From assembly GCA_038058335.1 (NCBI GenBank), contig JBBUBI010000032.1, positions 1-34,944 of the forward strand: a stretch of DNA of 34,944 nucleotides, in the 5' to 3' direction. A model generated the notes under the pieces. The model was not told where the DNA came from. It did no database searches and saw only the letters and a list, made by a program, of their open reading frames with translations. The stretch comes from Patescibacteria group bacterium. Its GTDB lineage: Bacteria > Patescibacteriota > Microgenomatia > Levybacterales > UBA12049. A program made the translations under genes and the position numbers. The first letter of the stretch is position 1; every line of letters starts with the position of its first letter. Of this stretch, positions 24,622-32,776 are shown one piece after another.

Positions 24622-26103
24622 TTATTTGGAGAAAATGAAACGCATAGCATCCTTTGCCGAATACCTGCCATCGGCACTCTGCTCTATAAGTTTTTTGACC
24701 GGCTCCACATCTTTACCGAATGTAATAATTATCGGTTCTCCCGGTCGTCCTTGTCCTACTGCTGCTGCAAGTCCGCTACAGAGGCAAACTCTTCCTTCCG
24801 TATCTTTAATGTCTCCCCCTTTTCCAACATACGCATTTACCGGTTCTGCGGGACACAAAAATAGAATCTTACCCTTCTCGTTCCGGCGTGCATGAACCAA
24901 ATACCCATAGATACAGCTACGAACTCTTTCATTATATACATCAGGGTCCGATAGCGAACCTTCAAACAGTACTACTTGAAAGGGATAGCCTGTTGGAGAA
25001 ACAATTGCGCTTGTTGTTACACCTAGGGTTCCATTTCTAATCTTAGTGCGTAAACAATCCTTTACCTCTTCCGTGAATCCAGATTCATTTGAGAGTGCAA
25101 AAACAGAGCCGACTTGAATGCCTACTGCTCCTTGTACTTTTGCTTCTTCAAATTTTTCGGCATATGATCCCGCGAACCAAAACGGCTTTCCCAGATCTCT
25201 TATCACGTCAAGATTGGGCTCGTCTTTCTCCCCATAAACAGGCTGCCCTATTTCATCAAATACATTCTTTTTTCTTGGAGGGGCGTTGTGTCCTCCGGCA
25301 AGTGGCCCCTCGATTATAAAGCCGTCAGTTTTAGCCCTATCTTCAAGCACCATTGCCAGTACATGAGACGAAATTATTGCATAATACTTCGGACGTTTAA
25401 GCTCAAATCCCTTTGGAACAAATTTATTTGGATCAAGTACTATTTTAAAACCATCAGATCCCTCTACATCAACCTTGTATGAAGCTTCCTTGTTATTTGC
25501 GAAGTTTTCCAGAACTTCCGGAATTTGAAGCGGTATCCCTGCGCCGACAATTAGCGTGTCAAGTCCTGCCGCCATTGCACCAAGAATTATTGGAAGATGA
25601 GACAGCTGGACTTTTTCCAGAAGATTCATTCCGATTGGACCTTTATGTCCTTCTTTGGCAAGCCAAACTTCTACAAATGCTGCGGCAAATGCTCGATTAT
25701 TATATTCATCTTGTTTTTCTTGGCTGCCGGTTATTAATACTTCCGGTTTTTGCGGTAGTTTATATTTTTGTCCGGGTTTTGGCAAAAATCTATTGAGAAT
25801 ATTTTCTGCAATTTCAGGATTAATGGCACCAAGAGCATTAAGAGCCCTGATCGTATTAGGGTCTCTATCGTAAAGTCTTTGCGGCATCAATATGGGAAGT
25901 CCAACTCCCGAAATTACACCCAGGGTATCCCTGCCAAGCTCTTGCCCTGCAACTGCAACGGCACGTGCCAATCTCCAATCCGATACGCCAACCCCCATTC
26001 CGCCCTGAATTAATTCGGGATTTACGTCTTTAACTAATTCGGGAGTTACAATTTTATCTATATCGGGAACATGGAGGGGTGCGTTTCTAAAAGCTTCAGT
26101 CAT
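24622..26103 (-). CDS. NMO-family (nitronate monooxygenase / FabK / PfaD-like) FMN TIM-barrel oxidoreductase
   Basis: IQGGMGVGVS, VGAGIP and IIEGPLAGGH motifs. Start placed at ATG 26103 (the track uses TTG 26109), preceded by TTGATT-17-TATTAT-8. Confidence 0.68.
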   Translation of the reverse strand: MTEAFRNAPLHVPDIDKIVTPELVKDVNPELIQGGMGVGVSDWRLARAVAVAGQELGRDTLGVISGVGLPILMPQRLYDRDPNTIRALNALGAINPEIAENILNRFLPKPGQKYKLPQKPEVLITGSQEKQDEYNNRAFAAAFVEVWLAKEGHKGPIGMNLLEKVQLSHLPIILGAMAAGLDTLIVGAGIPLQIPEVLENFANNKEASYKVDVEGSDGFKIVLDPNKFVPKGFELKRPKYYAIISSHVLAMVLEDRAKTDGFIIEGPLAGGHNAPPRKKNVFDEIGQPVYGEKDEPNLDVIRDLGKPFWFAGSYAEKFEEAKVQGAVGIQVGSVFALSNESGFTEEVKDCLRTKIRNGTLGVTTSAIVSPTGYPFQVVLFEGSLSDPDVYNERVRSCIYGYLVHARRNEKGKILFLCPAEPVNAYVGKGGDIKDTEGRVCLCSGLAAAVGQGRPGEPIIITFGKDVEPVKKLIEQSADGRYSAKDAMRFIFSK

Positions 26104-26245
26104 GAGCAAATATAATACAATTTTTAAATTTCTAAATCAAGTAAATTAATCCTTAGCTCCTCGAGTACTCATAGCTGCTTACTGAGCACACCGACCGAGA
26201 CCTGTTTAGCATTGTAGTAAATGTCTTATCAGCCTTATGAGCTAC

Positions 26246-27427
26246 CTATGCCGTGGCATAAAGATTTTTCTTCTTCCAAATGTAAAAAAGTAGTAAAATG
26301 ACAGTGAAAATCATCGGTGTGATGAAAAAATATTGAAGATGAGATATCGTCAAATAAATAGCAGCAAAGACTACCAATCTGCCAAGTACCGTCGGTATCT
26401 CCCGTAGAATAATAAATTCTTCTTCACCTTCTCCTTTAATAGTTTTATAGATCGTACTAAAGTAAGAGACGATAAACAGAGTGAATATAAATGATAAAAC
26501 GACAGTTATGAAATATGCATGAAGAGGCTCTTTAGCAATAATCATCAGAGCAAAAACAAAAAGCAGCAGGATTGACGCGAGTGGTATGATTTTTTTATCA
26601 TGGCGTTTGGCATATTTTCCTACTATAAATGTAAAAAGCGCTCCTCCTATAGCGGTTAAACTGCCAACTATTCCCGGTGTTGAAAGTGAGCCGATGATAA
26701 TAAAAATGTATACTCCCCAGAACCAATTTGATTCTTCTAAGACATTATCAAAAAATTCAAATAAAAATAATGACTTATTTTGCGAAATTCTTTTCCAAGC
26801 TTTAGAAAAATTAAGTGATACAACTAATTCTGTGTTTTTAACTTTTGCTAATGGAAAATATGACACAATAAGACCAATTATGGTAATGAGAAATACCGGC
26901 CAGAATCCTATAAAAGGCACGAGGATTGCTCCGATTAAAGGTCCAACAATTCCAAACAATTGAGGCAGAGCGTAAAATTTTGCCAAATTACTTGCCATTT
27001 CATCATGCGCTGAATGCCTAACAAATAAAAGATTAAGTGGCATCCAATACGCATAGTTAGCAGCACCATACACTAAGGCTACAATTTCAAGCGGAATTCG
27101 TTGATAACCTAAGAGAAACAAAAGCAAAAGTTCAAGAATTTTAAGTGGGTAATGAAATTTAAAAACATTAATTAGCCCCGATTTCCTCATCAGGGGAACG
27201 TAAACAAATAATCCTAAGAGTAAGCCAAAAATAGGTGCTATAGCGTAGTATAAAATGACTCTTTCAAGAGAATATCCTAATGACAGTAAATACGCAGGAA
27301 CATAGACGCTGATTATAGATAAAGCAACTGCATTAAGAGTATGAGATAAATACACACGCTGAATGTCTTTCATGAGAATATTATATACCAGAGGTTCGAA
27401 TCCATGATGGGTTATTTTGCTGACCAT
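26246..27427 (-). CDS. MFS-like polytopic transporter
   Basis: 393 aa with about 11-12 hydrophobic segments arranged as two halves. I am not sure of any diagnostic motif. Confidence 0.55.
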   Translation of the reverse strand: MVSKITHHGFEPLVYNILMKDIQRVYLSHTLNAVALSIISVYVPAYLLSLGYSLERVILYYAIAPIFGLLLGLFVYVPLMRKSGLINVFKFHYPLKILELLLLFLLGYQRIPLEIVALVYGAANYAYWMPLNLLFVRHSAHDEMASNLAKFYALPQLFGIVGPLIGAILVPFIGFWPVFLITIIGLIVSYFPLAKVKNTELVVSLNFSKAWKRISQNKSLFLFEFFDNVLEESNWFWGVYIFIIIGSLSTPGIVGSLTAIGGALFTFIVGKYAKRHDKKIIPLASILLLFVFALMIIAKEPLHAYFITVVLSFIFTLFIVSYFSTIYKTIKGEGEEEFIILREIPTVLGRLVVFAAIYLTISHLQYFFITPMIFTVILLLFYIWKKKNLYATA

Positions 27428-27494
27428 TTGAGACTACGTTCGGACTGCTTTTCAGCCTAATTATGCTTATGCTGTCAATTTTGTGAGTTAGAGT

Positions 27495-28589
27495 TTAAGG
27501 AGAAAGGAAGTCAATAACGTTGGTAAGAATTGATTGCTGTTTGGCAACCGTTGTCCCGGTATCTGTCGAAACAAATGCAGTAACAGGAGTTGATACTGGA
27601 ATTATACCAAGCATGCGATGTGTCTTTGTACCTTTTACTCTATAAACCACCTCGTTATTACGCATCTCAATCTTCACCACACCAGTTAGCGCTCCAAGTT
27701 GGTCTTGAGCTGTAATGTCAGAAGGTGGCGCCTCGATTCTGTTAATAATGCCTGTGGCAAGCAAGTTCCGGACTGCCTCTTCCGGAAGTATCGTAACTAT
27801 CTTTTGTCCAGTCGGAGTTGTGATAACAAGCTCCTTAGTCTCGACATTGATAGAAAGAGGGAAATCTGTGAACGCAGCTATTTGATTTTGGGTAAGAGCG
27901 AGTTGATTATCAGTAGTTGGCACAAGCTTTACATCATCATCCGCGAGTTCATCTTCAACATCATTCTCCAGCTCTTCAAGCTCGTCATCCTCAATTTCTA
28001 CCTCTTCACCGTCCTCATTTTCAACTTTGAGAACGAGCTGACCGTTTTCTATTCTATATTTCAGTTTTACTGTTCCATTTTCAATCTCAATCTTGGTTGT
28101 ACCGTCATCTTCAATCTTGGTCTTTATTTTCTGTCCATCGGCTGTTTCAATTTCGGTTTCTTGTTTATTGCCTTCAGACTCTGTCTTTATCCTAAAACCA
28201 CTCGGAGAAATAGTTTCTGTTTTTGACTTTATTGACCTCCTTGACGATCCAGAGGTTCCCGTGGTATTTGTTGTCGTTGTTTTAGCGGCTTCTTTTTGTT
28301 GTTCTTCTGCCTGCTTAGCGCTTTCTTTTTGTGTTTCTTCAGTTTGTTTTGCTGCCTCTTTCGCAGCTTCCTCTGCCTGTTTTTGCACTTCACTCTGCTC
28401 ATCCTCACCTAGCACATTCTGGGCACCTGATGTGAGATTTTGCGTTGTATGAATATTGGCAGCTGCAAATACGGAAACAAATACTAAAGCTATTATTACA
28501 AGCGGGCTGGAGAGACTAAGCGATAACAGCGAAGAGGATGTTCTCCTGGAAGATCTGATTTTTTTTTTCTTATATTTATTCTTTGACAT
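27495..28589 (-). CDS. Membrane-anchored/secreted protein with KE-rich coiled segment, acidic repeat region and conserved-looking C-terminal domain
   Basis: Basic N-terminus plus one TM (LVIIALVFVSVFAAA), then EEAAKEAAKQTEETQKESAKQAEEQQKEAAK, then beta-like repeats (IKTKIEDDGTTKIEIENGTVKLKYRIENGQLVLKVENEDGEE). Confidence 0.6.
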   Translation of the reverse strand: MSKNKYKKKKIRSSRRTSSSLLSLSLSSPLVIIALVFVSVFAAANIHTTQNLTSGAQNVLGEDEQSEVQKQAEEAAKEAAKQTEETQKESAKQAEEQQKEAAKTTTTNTTGTSGSSRRSIKSKTETISPSGFRIKTESEGNKQETEIETADGQKIKTKIEDDGTTKIEIENGTVKLKYRIENGQLVLKVENEDGEEVEIEDDELEELENDVEDELADDDVKLVPTTDNQLALTQNQIAAFTDFPLSINVETKELVITTPTGQKIVTILPEEAVRNLLATGIINRIEAPPSDITAQDQLGALTGVVKIEMRNNEVVYRVKGTKTHRMLGIIPVSTPVTAFVSTDTGTTVAKQQSILTNVIDFLSP

Positions 28590-28668
28590 GCCTTGATTTA
28601 ATAATGAAGGATCTAACAGGCGTTGTCAAGCAGATTTAAAATAAATTCTTATAACATGAAGCAAGAGG

Positions 28669-28692
28669 GAAGGAGAAGGAGAAGGAGAAGGA
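28669..28692. repeat. Hexanucleotide microsatellite (GAAGGA)x4
   Basis: Four perfect tandem units read directly from the sequence, between tRNA-Gln and the promoter of the 364-aa gene. Confidence 0.9.
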
Positions 28693-28717
28693 AATGATAT
28701 AGTTTGATCTATTGATG

Positions 28718-28788
28718 CTGCCGGACTTGGATTTGAACCAAGATGAGCGGATTCAGAGTCCGCTATCCTACCGTTAGATGATCCGGCA
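28718..28788 (-). tRNA. tRNA-Gln (anticodon CUG)
   Basis: The reverse complement folds as a cloverleaf. Acceptor TGCCGGA/TCCGGCA with the U1-A72 pair typical of bacterial tRNA-Gln. Anticodon stem GCGGA/TCCGC with loop CTCTGAA. T arm CTTGG-TTCAAAT-CCAAG. Discriminator G. Upstream TTGTCC-17-TAAAAT. Confidence 0.9.
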
Positions 28789-28834
28789 ATGTGGCTTTAT
28801 TTTACCAGAATTAGGAAGCGTGGACAAACAAAAG

Positions 28835-28861
28835 AAAAACCCCGCGATGTGCGGGGTTTTT
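28835..28861 (-). terminator. Rho-independent (bidirectional-type) terminator
   Basis: AAAAACCCCGC-gatgt-GCGGGGTTTTT. GC-rich 6-bp stem flanked by an A-tract and a T-tract, 23 nt downstream of the 116-aa gene's stop. Confidence 0.78.
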
Positions 28862-28883
28862 CAGAAGTACAACTATTGTAATC

Positions 28884-29234
28884 TTATGGTGTTACCGGAG
28901 TATTTACCACTGCTGTGTTTGAATTCAGCGTATTGGTAATGGTAACTGTTACTGTTGACGTACCACTTGTTATAGTAGTAGTTCCGCCGGTATTAAAACT
29001 CGCGGAATTTCCGCCGGTTGATGCGCCGACAATTACCCCATTGGTAACCACCGCACCATTATTTTGTTCAACCTTGAGCTTCTTAATTACCTTAATCCTG
29101 CACTTGTTGTAAGAAAATGCTCCATTGTCTGTAATCGTGCAGATCTGATCTGCAAATGCAGCACCAGGCAGAAGTACTCCTGCAACTAGAGAACCTGTAA
29201 TTAAAGCTCCTGCAATCTTTTTTTTGAAATCCAT
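28884..29234 (-). CDS. Small secreted T/N/G-rich protein
   Basis: Sec-type signal MDFKKKIAGALITGSLVAGVLLPGAAFA/DQ, a Cys pair (CTITDNGAFSYNKC), then NNGAVVTNGVIVGASTGGNSASFNTGGTTTITSGTSTVTVTITNTLNSNTA. Strong SD GAGGAGGTG. Confidence 0.7.
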   Translation of the reverse strand: MDFKKKIAGALITGSLVAGVLLPGAAFADQICTITDNGAFSYNKCRIKVIKKLKVEQNNGAVVTNGVIVGASTGGNSASFNTGGTTTITSGTSTVTVTITNTLNSNTAVVNTPVTP

Positions 29235-29442
29235 TCTTTTTCACCTCCTCTCTTGCCTGCCATAAAAAACCAGCAAAAATGCTGGTTAAATTTTCTCACT
29301 ATAAAACTTATCGTTGGGCAGGCTCATAGGAAATAAGATAAAATCTTCGAAGTGGGCAGATTTCGAAGATTACCGCCGAAAAGTCATGGAGGACAATACG
29401 ACAGTTTTACTATTATAAATTACTGGAGAGAAAGACTGTCAA
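29235..29442 (-). promoter_or_regulatory. Promoter plus about 175-nt structured leader ending in a terminator-like hairpin just before the RBS
   Basis: Minus strand has TTGACA(29442-29437)-19-TATAAT(29417-12). A perfect 9-bp hairpin ATCTTCGAA/TTCGAAGAT spans 29343-29370. AACCAGCA-tttt-TGCTGGTT plus a U-run spans 29264-29287. GCCTGCC(29323-17) is complementary to GGCAGGC(29261-55). Confidence 0.45.
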
Positions 29443-29483
29443 GATAACATAAAGACACAAACCATACTGTTAATACCACAAAA

Positions 29484-29852
29484 CTATTTAAGAATTGCGA
29501 TAAGGTAGGGGATGAATACGAGAATACCTACAATGACTGACCCTATTGATGCCAAAAGAACCATCCCGGCTCCTACATCCTTTGCTATCTTTGCTTCAAT
29601 CTTATAATCTCTTGCAATAAGATTGACAACCTCTTCTATTGCAGTATTCAGCATCTCACAGACTAACACGAGAACCATCATTACTCCGAGAATTCCCATC
29701 TCAAAAGGATTTATATGAAATGCTAAGCTTGCAAGAATTACAACAATCGTTATAGCAATTTGAATCCTGAAATTCTGATTATTTTTAACAGAAAAAAGAA
29801 TTCCCTCAAGCGCGTATCCAAATGATTTAAGAATTGAGCCTTTGTTATTCAT
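29484..29852 (-). CDS. dgkA: DgkA-family lipid kinase (diacylglycerol / undecaprenol kinase)
   Basis: 122 aa, 3 TM, with FRIQ....EMLNTAIEEVVNLI motifs of the prokaryotic DAGK family. Confidence 0.85.
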   Translation of the reverse strand: MNNKGSILKSFGYALEGILFSVKNNQNFRIQIAITIVVILASLAFHINPFEMGILGVMMVLVLVCEMLNTAIEEVVNLIARDYKIEAKIAKDVGAGMVLLASIGSVIVGILVFIPYLIAILK

Positions 29853-30436
29853 AAAATAAAATTTTTACCGATGCTATAGATAATTATAGTCAATACCGAT
29901 CCCAAAATTCCACCAGCTATTACTTCGCGTAAAGTGTGACGCCTAGAAGTAATTCTAGCCCAGCCCATAATTGGAATTAATAATAACAAAGGAATAAACA
30001 TTCTGCCATAAATTAAGACGATGGATATCGCAAAAGCAGTAATAGCTGCAGTATGAATACTTATTTTTGTCCATCTCAAGAAGATAAAAATAAATAATAT
30101 TCCTATCAGAACTCCAAATCCCATCAAAATCAATATTTTTGGGGCACCAAATAAAATAAGAAATATGCAGTTGGTGATGCAAATTATCAAAGACGAGATC
30201 AAAAGCTTAGGTCTTTCTGATTTATTTGAAACATCCAAATCAGAAAAAATTCCAAAAAATCTTCCTACAAGTACTACGGAAATCATTATAAATATAGAAA
30301 TATAAAAGAAAAAAGACCATTTAATCGCATCATTTATATCGCTTGAATACTTCAAAACAAGCACGAATGGAACAGGAGCAAGAATTACCGGTGGGCTAAA
30401 TATAAGTGAAATAGATTTTGCAATAAATTTATCCAT
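29849..30436 (-). CDS. PAP2-like membrane phosphatase (divergent)
   Basis: 6-TM protein. ISIHTAA resembles PSGH, and ARITSRRHTLREV fits (S)Rx5Hx3(D/E). Overlaps dgkA by 4 nt (ATGA). Confidence 0.5.
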   Translation of the reverse strand: MDKFIAKSISLIFSPPVILAPVPFVLVLKYSSDINDAIKWSFFFYISIFIMISVVLVGRFFGIFSDLDVSNKSERPKLLISSLIICITNCIFLILFGAPKILILMGFGVLIGILFIFIFLRWTKISIHTAAITAFAISIVLIYGRMFIPLLLLIPIMGWARITSRRHTLREVIAGGILGSVLTIIIYSIGKNFIL

Positions 30437-31679
30437 TCGAAAGATTTTTTATGAAAAACTCTTTTCCGTGAATCTGATTTAATTCAAGTATTCCTATTCC
30501 CTTTTCTTTTCCGGTCATGAGAAAGTAAATACTTTTAAAATTTGTTTCATTTGTCTTCGAAAAATCCTTGAGTGCGAAAAGCAATTTCTCATCACCCCAA
30601 TCATCTTTAAGCTTCAGGTTCAAAAACTTTAAAAGCATTTCCGCTTTTTGCATTTCTTCTTTTGTCTTTTCTCTGGACAAACCCTGCAAGGCGAGTTCCT
30701 TGAACTCTGACAGCGTTCTCATTCTGGATTTGGACGACTCGATGATAACCTCTGATTTATCAGAACTTAACGCTTTCATAATCTCCTGATCATCTTTATA
30801 AAAATCCTTTAATCTTTGATCAAGATTATCAATACTTCTTATCCAAACACCATTTAGCCATTCTAGCTTCTTGATATCAAAAATTGGATTTGATACGTTA
30901 ATATCTTTAAGTTCAAAAAGCTTAATCATTTCATCAATGCTCATGTATTCCCTGTCCGCTCCCGGATTCCAACCGAGAAGAGCCATGAAATTCAAAAGTG
31001 CTTCCTTGAGAAATCCATCCTCTCGATAATCCAATGCAGATTTTGCTCCATGTCTTTTGGATAATTTGGCTTTATCAGTACCTAAGATAACAGGTAGATG
31101 AACGAAAATTGGCTGCTTCCATCCAAATGCTTTATATAATTGAACATGTTTTGGTGTCGAGGAAATAAATTCCTCACCTCTTATCACATGGGTTATATTC
31201 ATGAGATGATCGTCGATTACATTTGCGAAATTATACGTAGGATATCCATCTGATTTGATGATTACGAAATCTTCTTGAATTTCATTTTTAAAAGTAATCT
31301 CTTTATCTCCTACTCCATCTGTCCAAGATGTATCGCCTTCTTTCGGCATTCTGAACCTTAATGCGCCTTCATCTTCAAAAGCAAACCCTTTCTTTCTAAG
31401 AATTTCCGCGTGGTCTTTGTAGATATCCAATCTTTTGGATTGCGTGTATTCTTCATCCCAGGTAAGACCGAGCCAATTCAATATTTCTTTTATTGCCTTT
31501 TCTGCGTCTTCTACATAACGTTCTCTATCCGTATCTTCAATTCGCAATATCAGTTTTCCCCCGTTGTGTCTTGCAAAAAGAAAATTGAAAAGTGCAGTTC
31601 TCGTATTTCCGATATGAGGTACTCCGGTTGGACTTGGCGCAAATCTTACCCGGACTTGTGCTGAGTTTTGCCTATGCAT
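30429..31679 (-). CDS. gltX: Glutamyl-tRNA synthetase (short form)
   Basis: RFAPSPTGVPHIGNTRTALFN (HIGH), LRIEDTD, KLSKRHG (KMSKS). Start chosen at ATG 31679 (MHRQNS...), preceded by TTGAGT-17-TACAAT-6. The track's ATG 31697 is an alternative. Confidence 0.92.
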   Translation of the reverse strand: MHRQNSAQVRVRFAPSPTGVPHIGNTRTALFNFLFARHNGGKLILRIEDTDRERYVEDAEKAIKEILNWLGLTWDEEYTQSKRLDIYKDHAEILRKKGFAFEDEGALRFRMPKEGDTSWTDGVGDKEITFKNEIQEDFVIIKSDGYPTYNFANVIDDHLMNITHVIRGEEFISSTPKHVQLYKAFGWKQPIFVHLPVILGTDKAKLSKRHGAKSALDYREDGFLKEALLNFMALLGWNPGADREYMSIDEMIKLFELKDINVSNPIFDIKKLEWLNGVWIRSIDNLDQRLKDFYKDDQEIMKALSSDKSEVIIESSKSRMRTLSEFKELALQGLSREKTKEEMQKAEMLLKFLNLKLKDDWGDEKLLFALKDFSKTNETNFKSIYFLMTGKEKGIGILELNQIHGKEFFIKNLSNG

Positions 31680-31717
31680 ACTTGCATTGTACCGCATGTA
31701 TTTTCTATACTCAAGAC

Positions 31718-32776
31718 ATGCTCACGCTAAATCAAGCGACATCAATGACAAAAGGACTTATTAAGTGGGCTGTAATTCTTGTTTCCTTTGGGATTGCTGT
31801 TTTTCTTATTTTTAGAATTGGCGGAATAATCAAAAATATCATTTCGCCCACACCTCCTCCGCCCCCTACTGTAGCATTTGGTATGATTCCGGAAATCAAA
31901 TTTCCCATACTTGCTGAAATAAAAAGTTATTCATTTACCCTCGACACTCTTTCAGGTGATTTTCCACAATTCCCCGATAGAGCCAAAGTTTTCAAAACTA
32001 TCCCTGAATCAGCAGATCTTCTCGCACTTCAAAAAGCGATTGAAAGGGCAAGAAGTATAGATTTCAACTCGCCGCCTATCCGAATCGTGAATAACGAGTA
32101 CCAATGGTCAGACCCAACTTCAGAAAATGCAAGAAAATTGAAGCTTGATATATTTTCTTACAAATTTTCGGTAACATCATCCTACATGAACGATCCAAAT
32201 GTTATTTCTGCAAACAATCTTCCAGATCCGGAAAAAGCAAAAAGTGACGGACGAAATTTTTTGAGCAGTATGTCGGTATTAACAGATGATATTGATATGG
32301 ATAACATAATCACCACAGATCTGTCAATCTCAAACGGGAGCCTAATTCCTGCATCAAGCATTGCCAATACGCAAATCATAAAAGTTGATTTTTTTCAGAA
32401 GAAGATTGACGAACTACCAATTTATTACCCGAGCTATCCTGAATCTACCATGATGCTCTTGATCGCTGGCGGGCAAAACAGACACCAAATCGTTCAGGCT
32501 AACTTCTTCCATCAATCTATTTCAGACGAATCAGCTACTTATCCTATAAAAACAGCAAGCGAGGCGTTTGAGGATCTGAAAAATGGAAATGCGTATATTA
32601 TTAGCGGAGAAAGCAAAGATATTCTAGTACGGGATATTTCTATTGGATACTATATGAGTGATGAAAAACAGGAATATATGATGCCAATCGTGGTGCTTAA
32701 AGGAAATAACAATTTTGTTGCTTATGTCTCTGCGCTCAAAAACGAATGGGTAAATACGTCAGATTCTCAGAATTGA
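31718..32776 (+). CDS. Membrane-anchored hypothetical protein (N-terminal TM, poly-Pro linker, extracytoplasmic domain)
   Basis: The track ORF 31592.. overlaps gltX, so I trimmed it to ATG 31718, preceded by TTGCAT-18-TATACT-6. WAVILVSFGIAVFLIF is the TM, followed by SPTPPPPPT. I recognise no family. Confidence 0.6.
   Translation: MLTLNQATSMTKGLIKWAVILVSFGIAVFLIFRIGGIIKNIISPTPPPPPTVAFGMIPEIKFPILAEIKSYSFTLDTLSGDFPQFPDRAKVFKTIPESADLLALQKAIERARSIDFNSPPIRIVNNEYQWSDPTSENARKLKLDIFSYKFSVTSSYMNDPNVISANNLPDPEKAKSDGRNFLSSMSVLTDDIDMDNIITTDLSISNGSLIPASSIANTQIIKVDFFQKKIDELPIYYPSYPESTMMLLIAGGQNRHQIVQANFFHQSISDESATYPIKTASEAFEDLKNGNAYIISGESKDILVRDISIGYYMSDEKQEYMMPIVVLKGNNNFVAYVSALKNEWVNTSDSQN

Noticed and set aside
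28669-28702. (GAAGGA)4 read on the plus strand as a stack of SD sequences followed by ATG ATA TAG.
   Set aside because: The ORF is only 2 codons long. There is no plus-strand promoter context. I treat it as a microsatellite.
31592-31717. Long N-terminal extension of the plus-strand ORF overlapping the gltX 5' end.
   Set aside because: It is antisense to the conserved HIGH region of GluRS. The TM and poly-Pro protein begins plausibly at ATG 31718, which has its own -10.
32736-32776. A 41-nt convergent overlap of the 3' ends of the membrane-protein gene and the DD-carboxypeptidase gene.
   Set aside because: Both reading frames look genuine, and tail-to-tail overlaps occur in compact genomes. 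There is no extra structure to interpret. It may only mean the C-terminal residues are dispensable.
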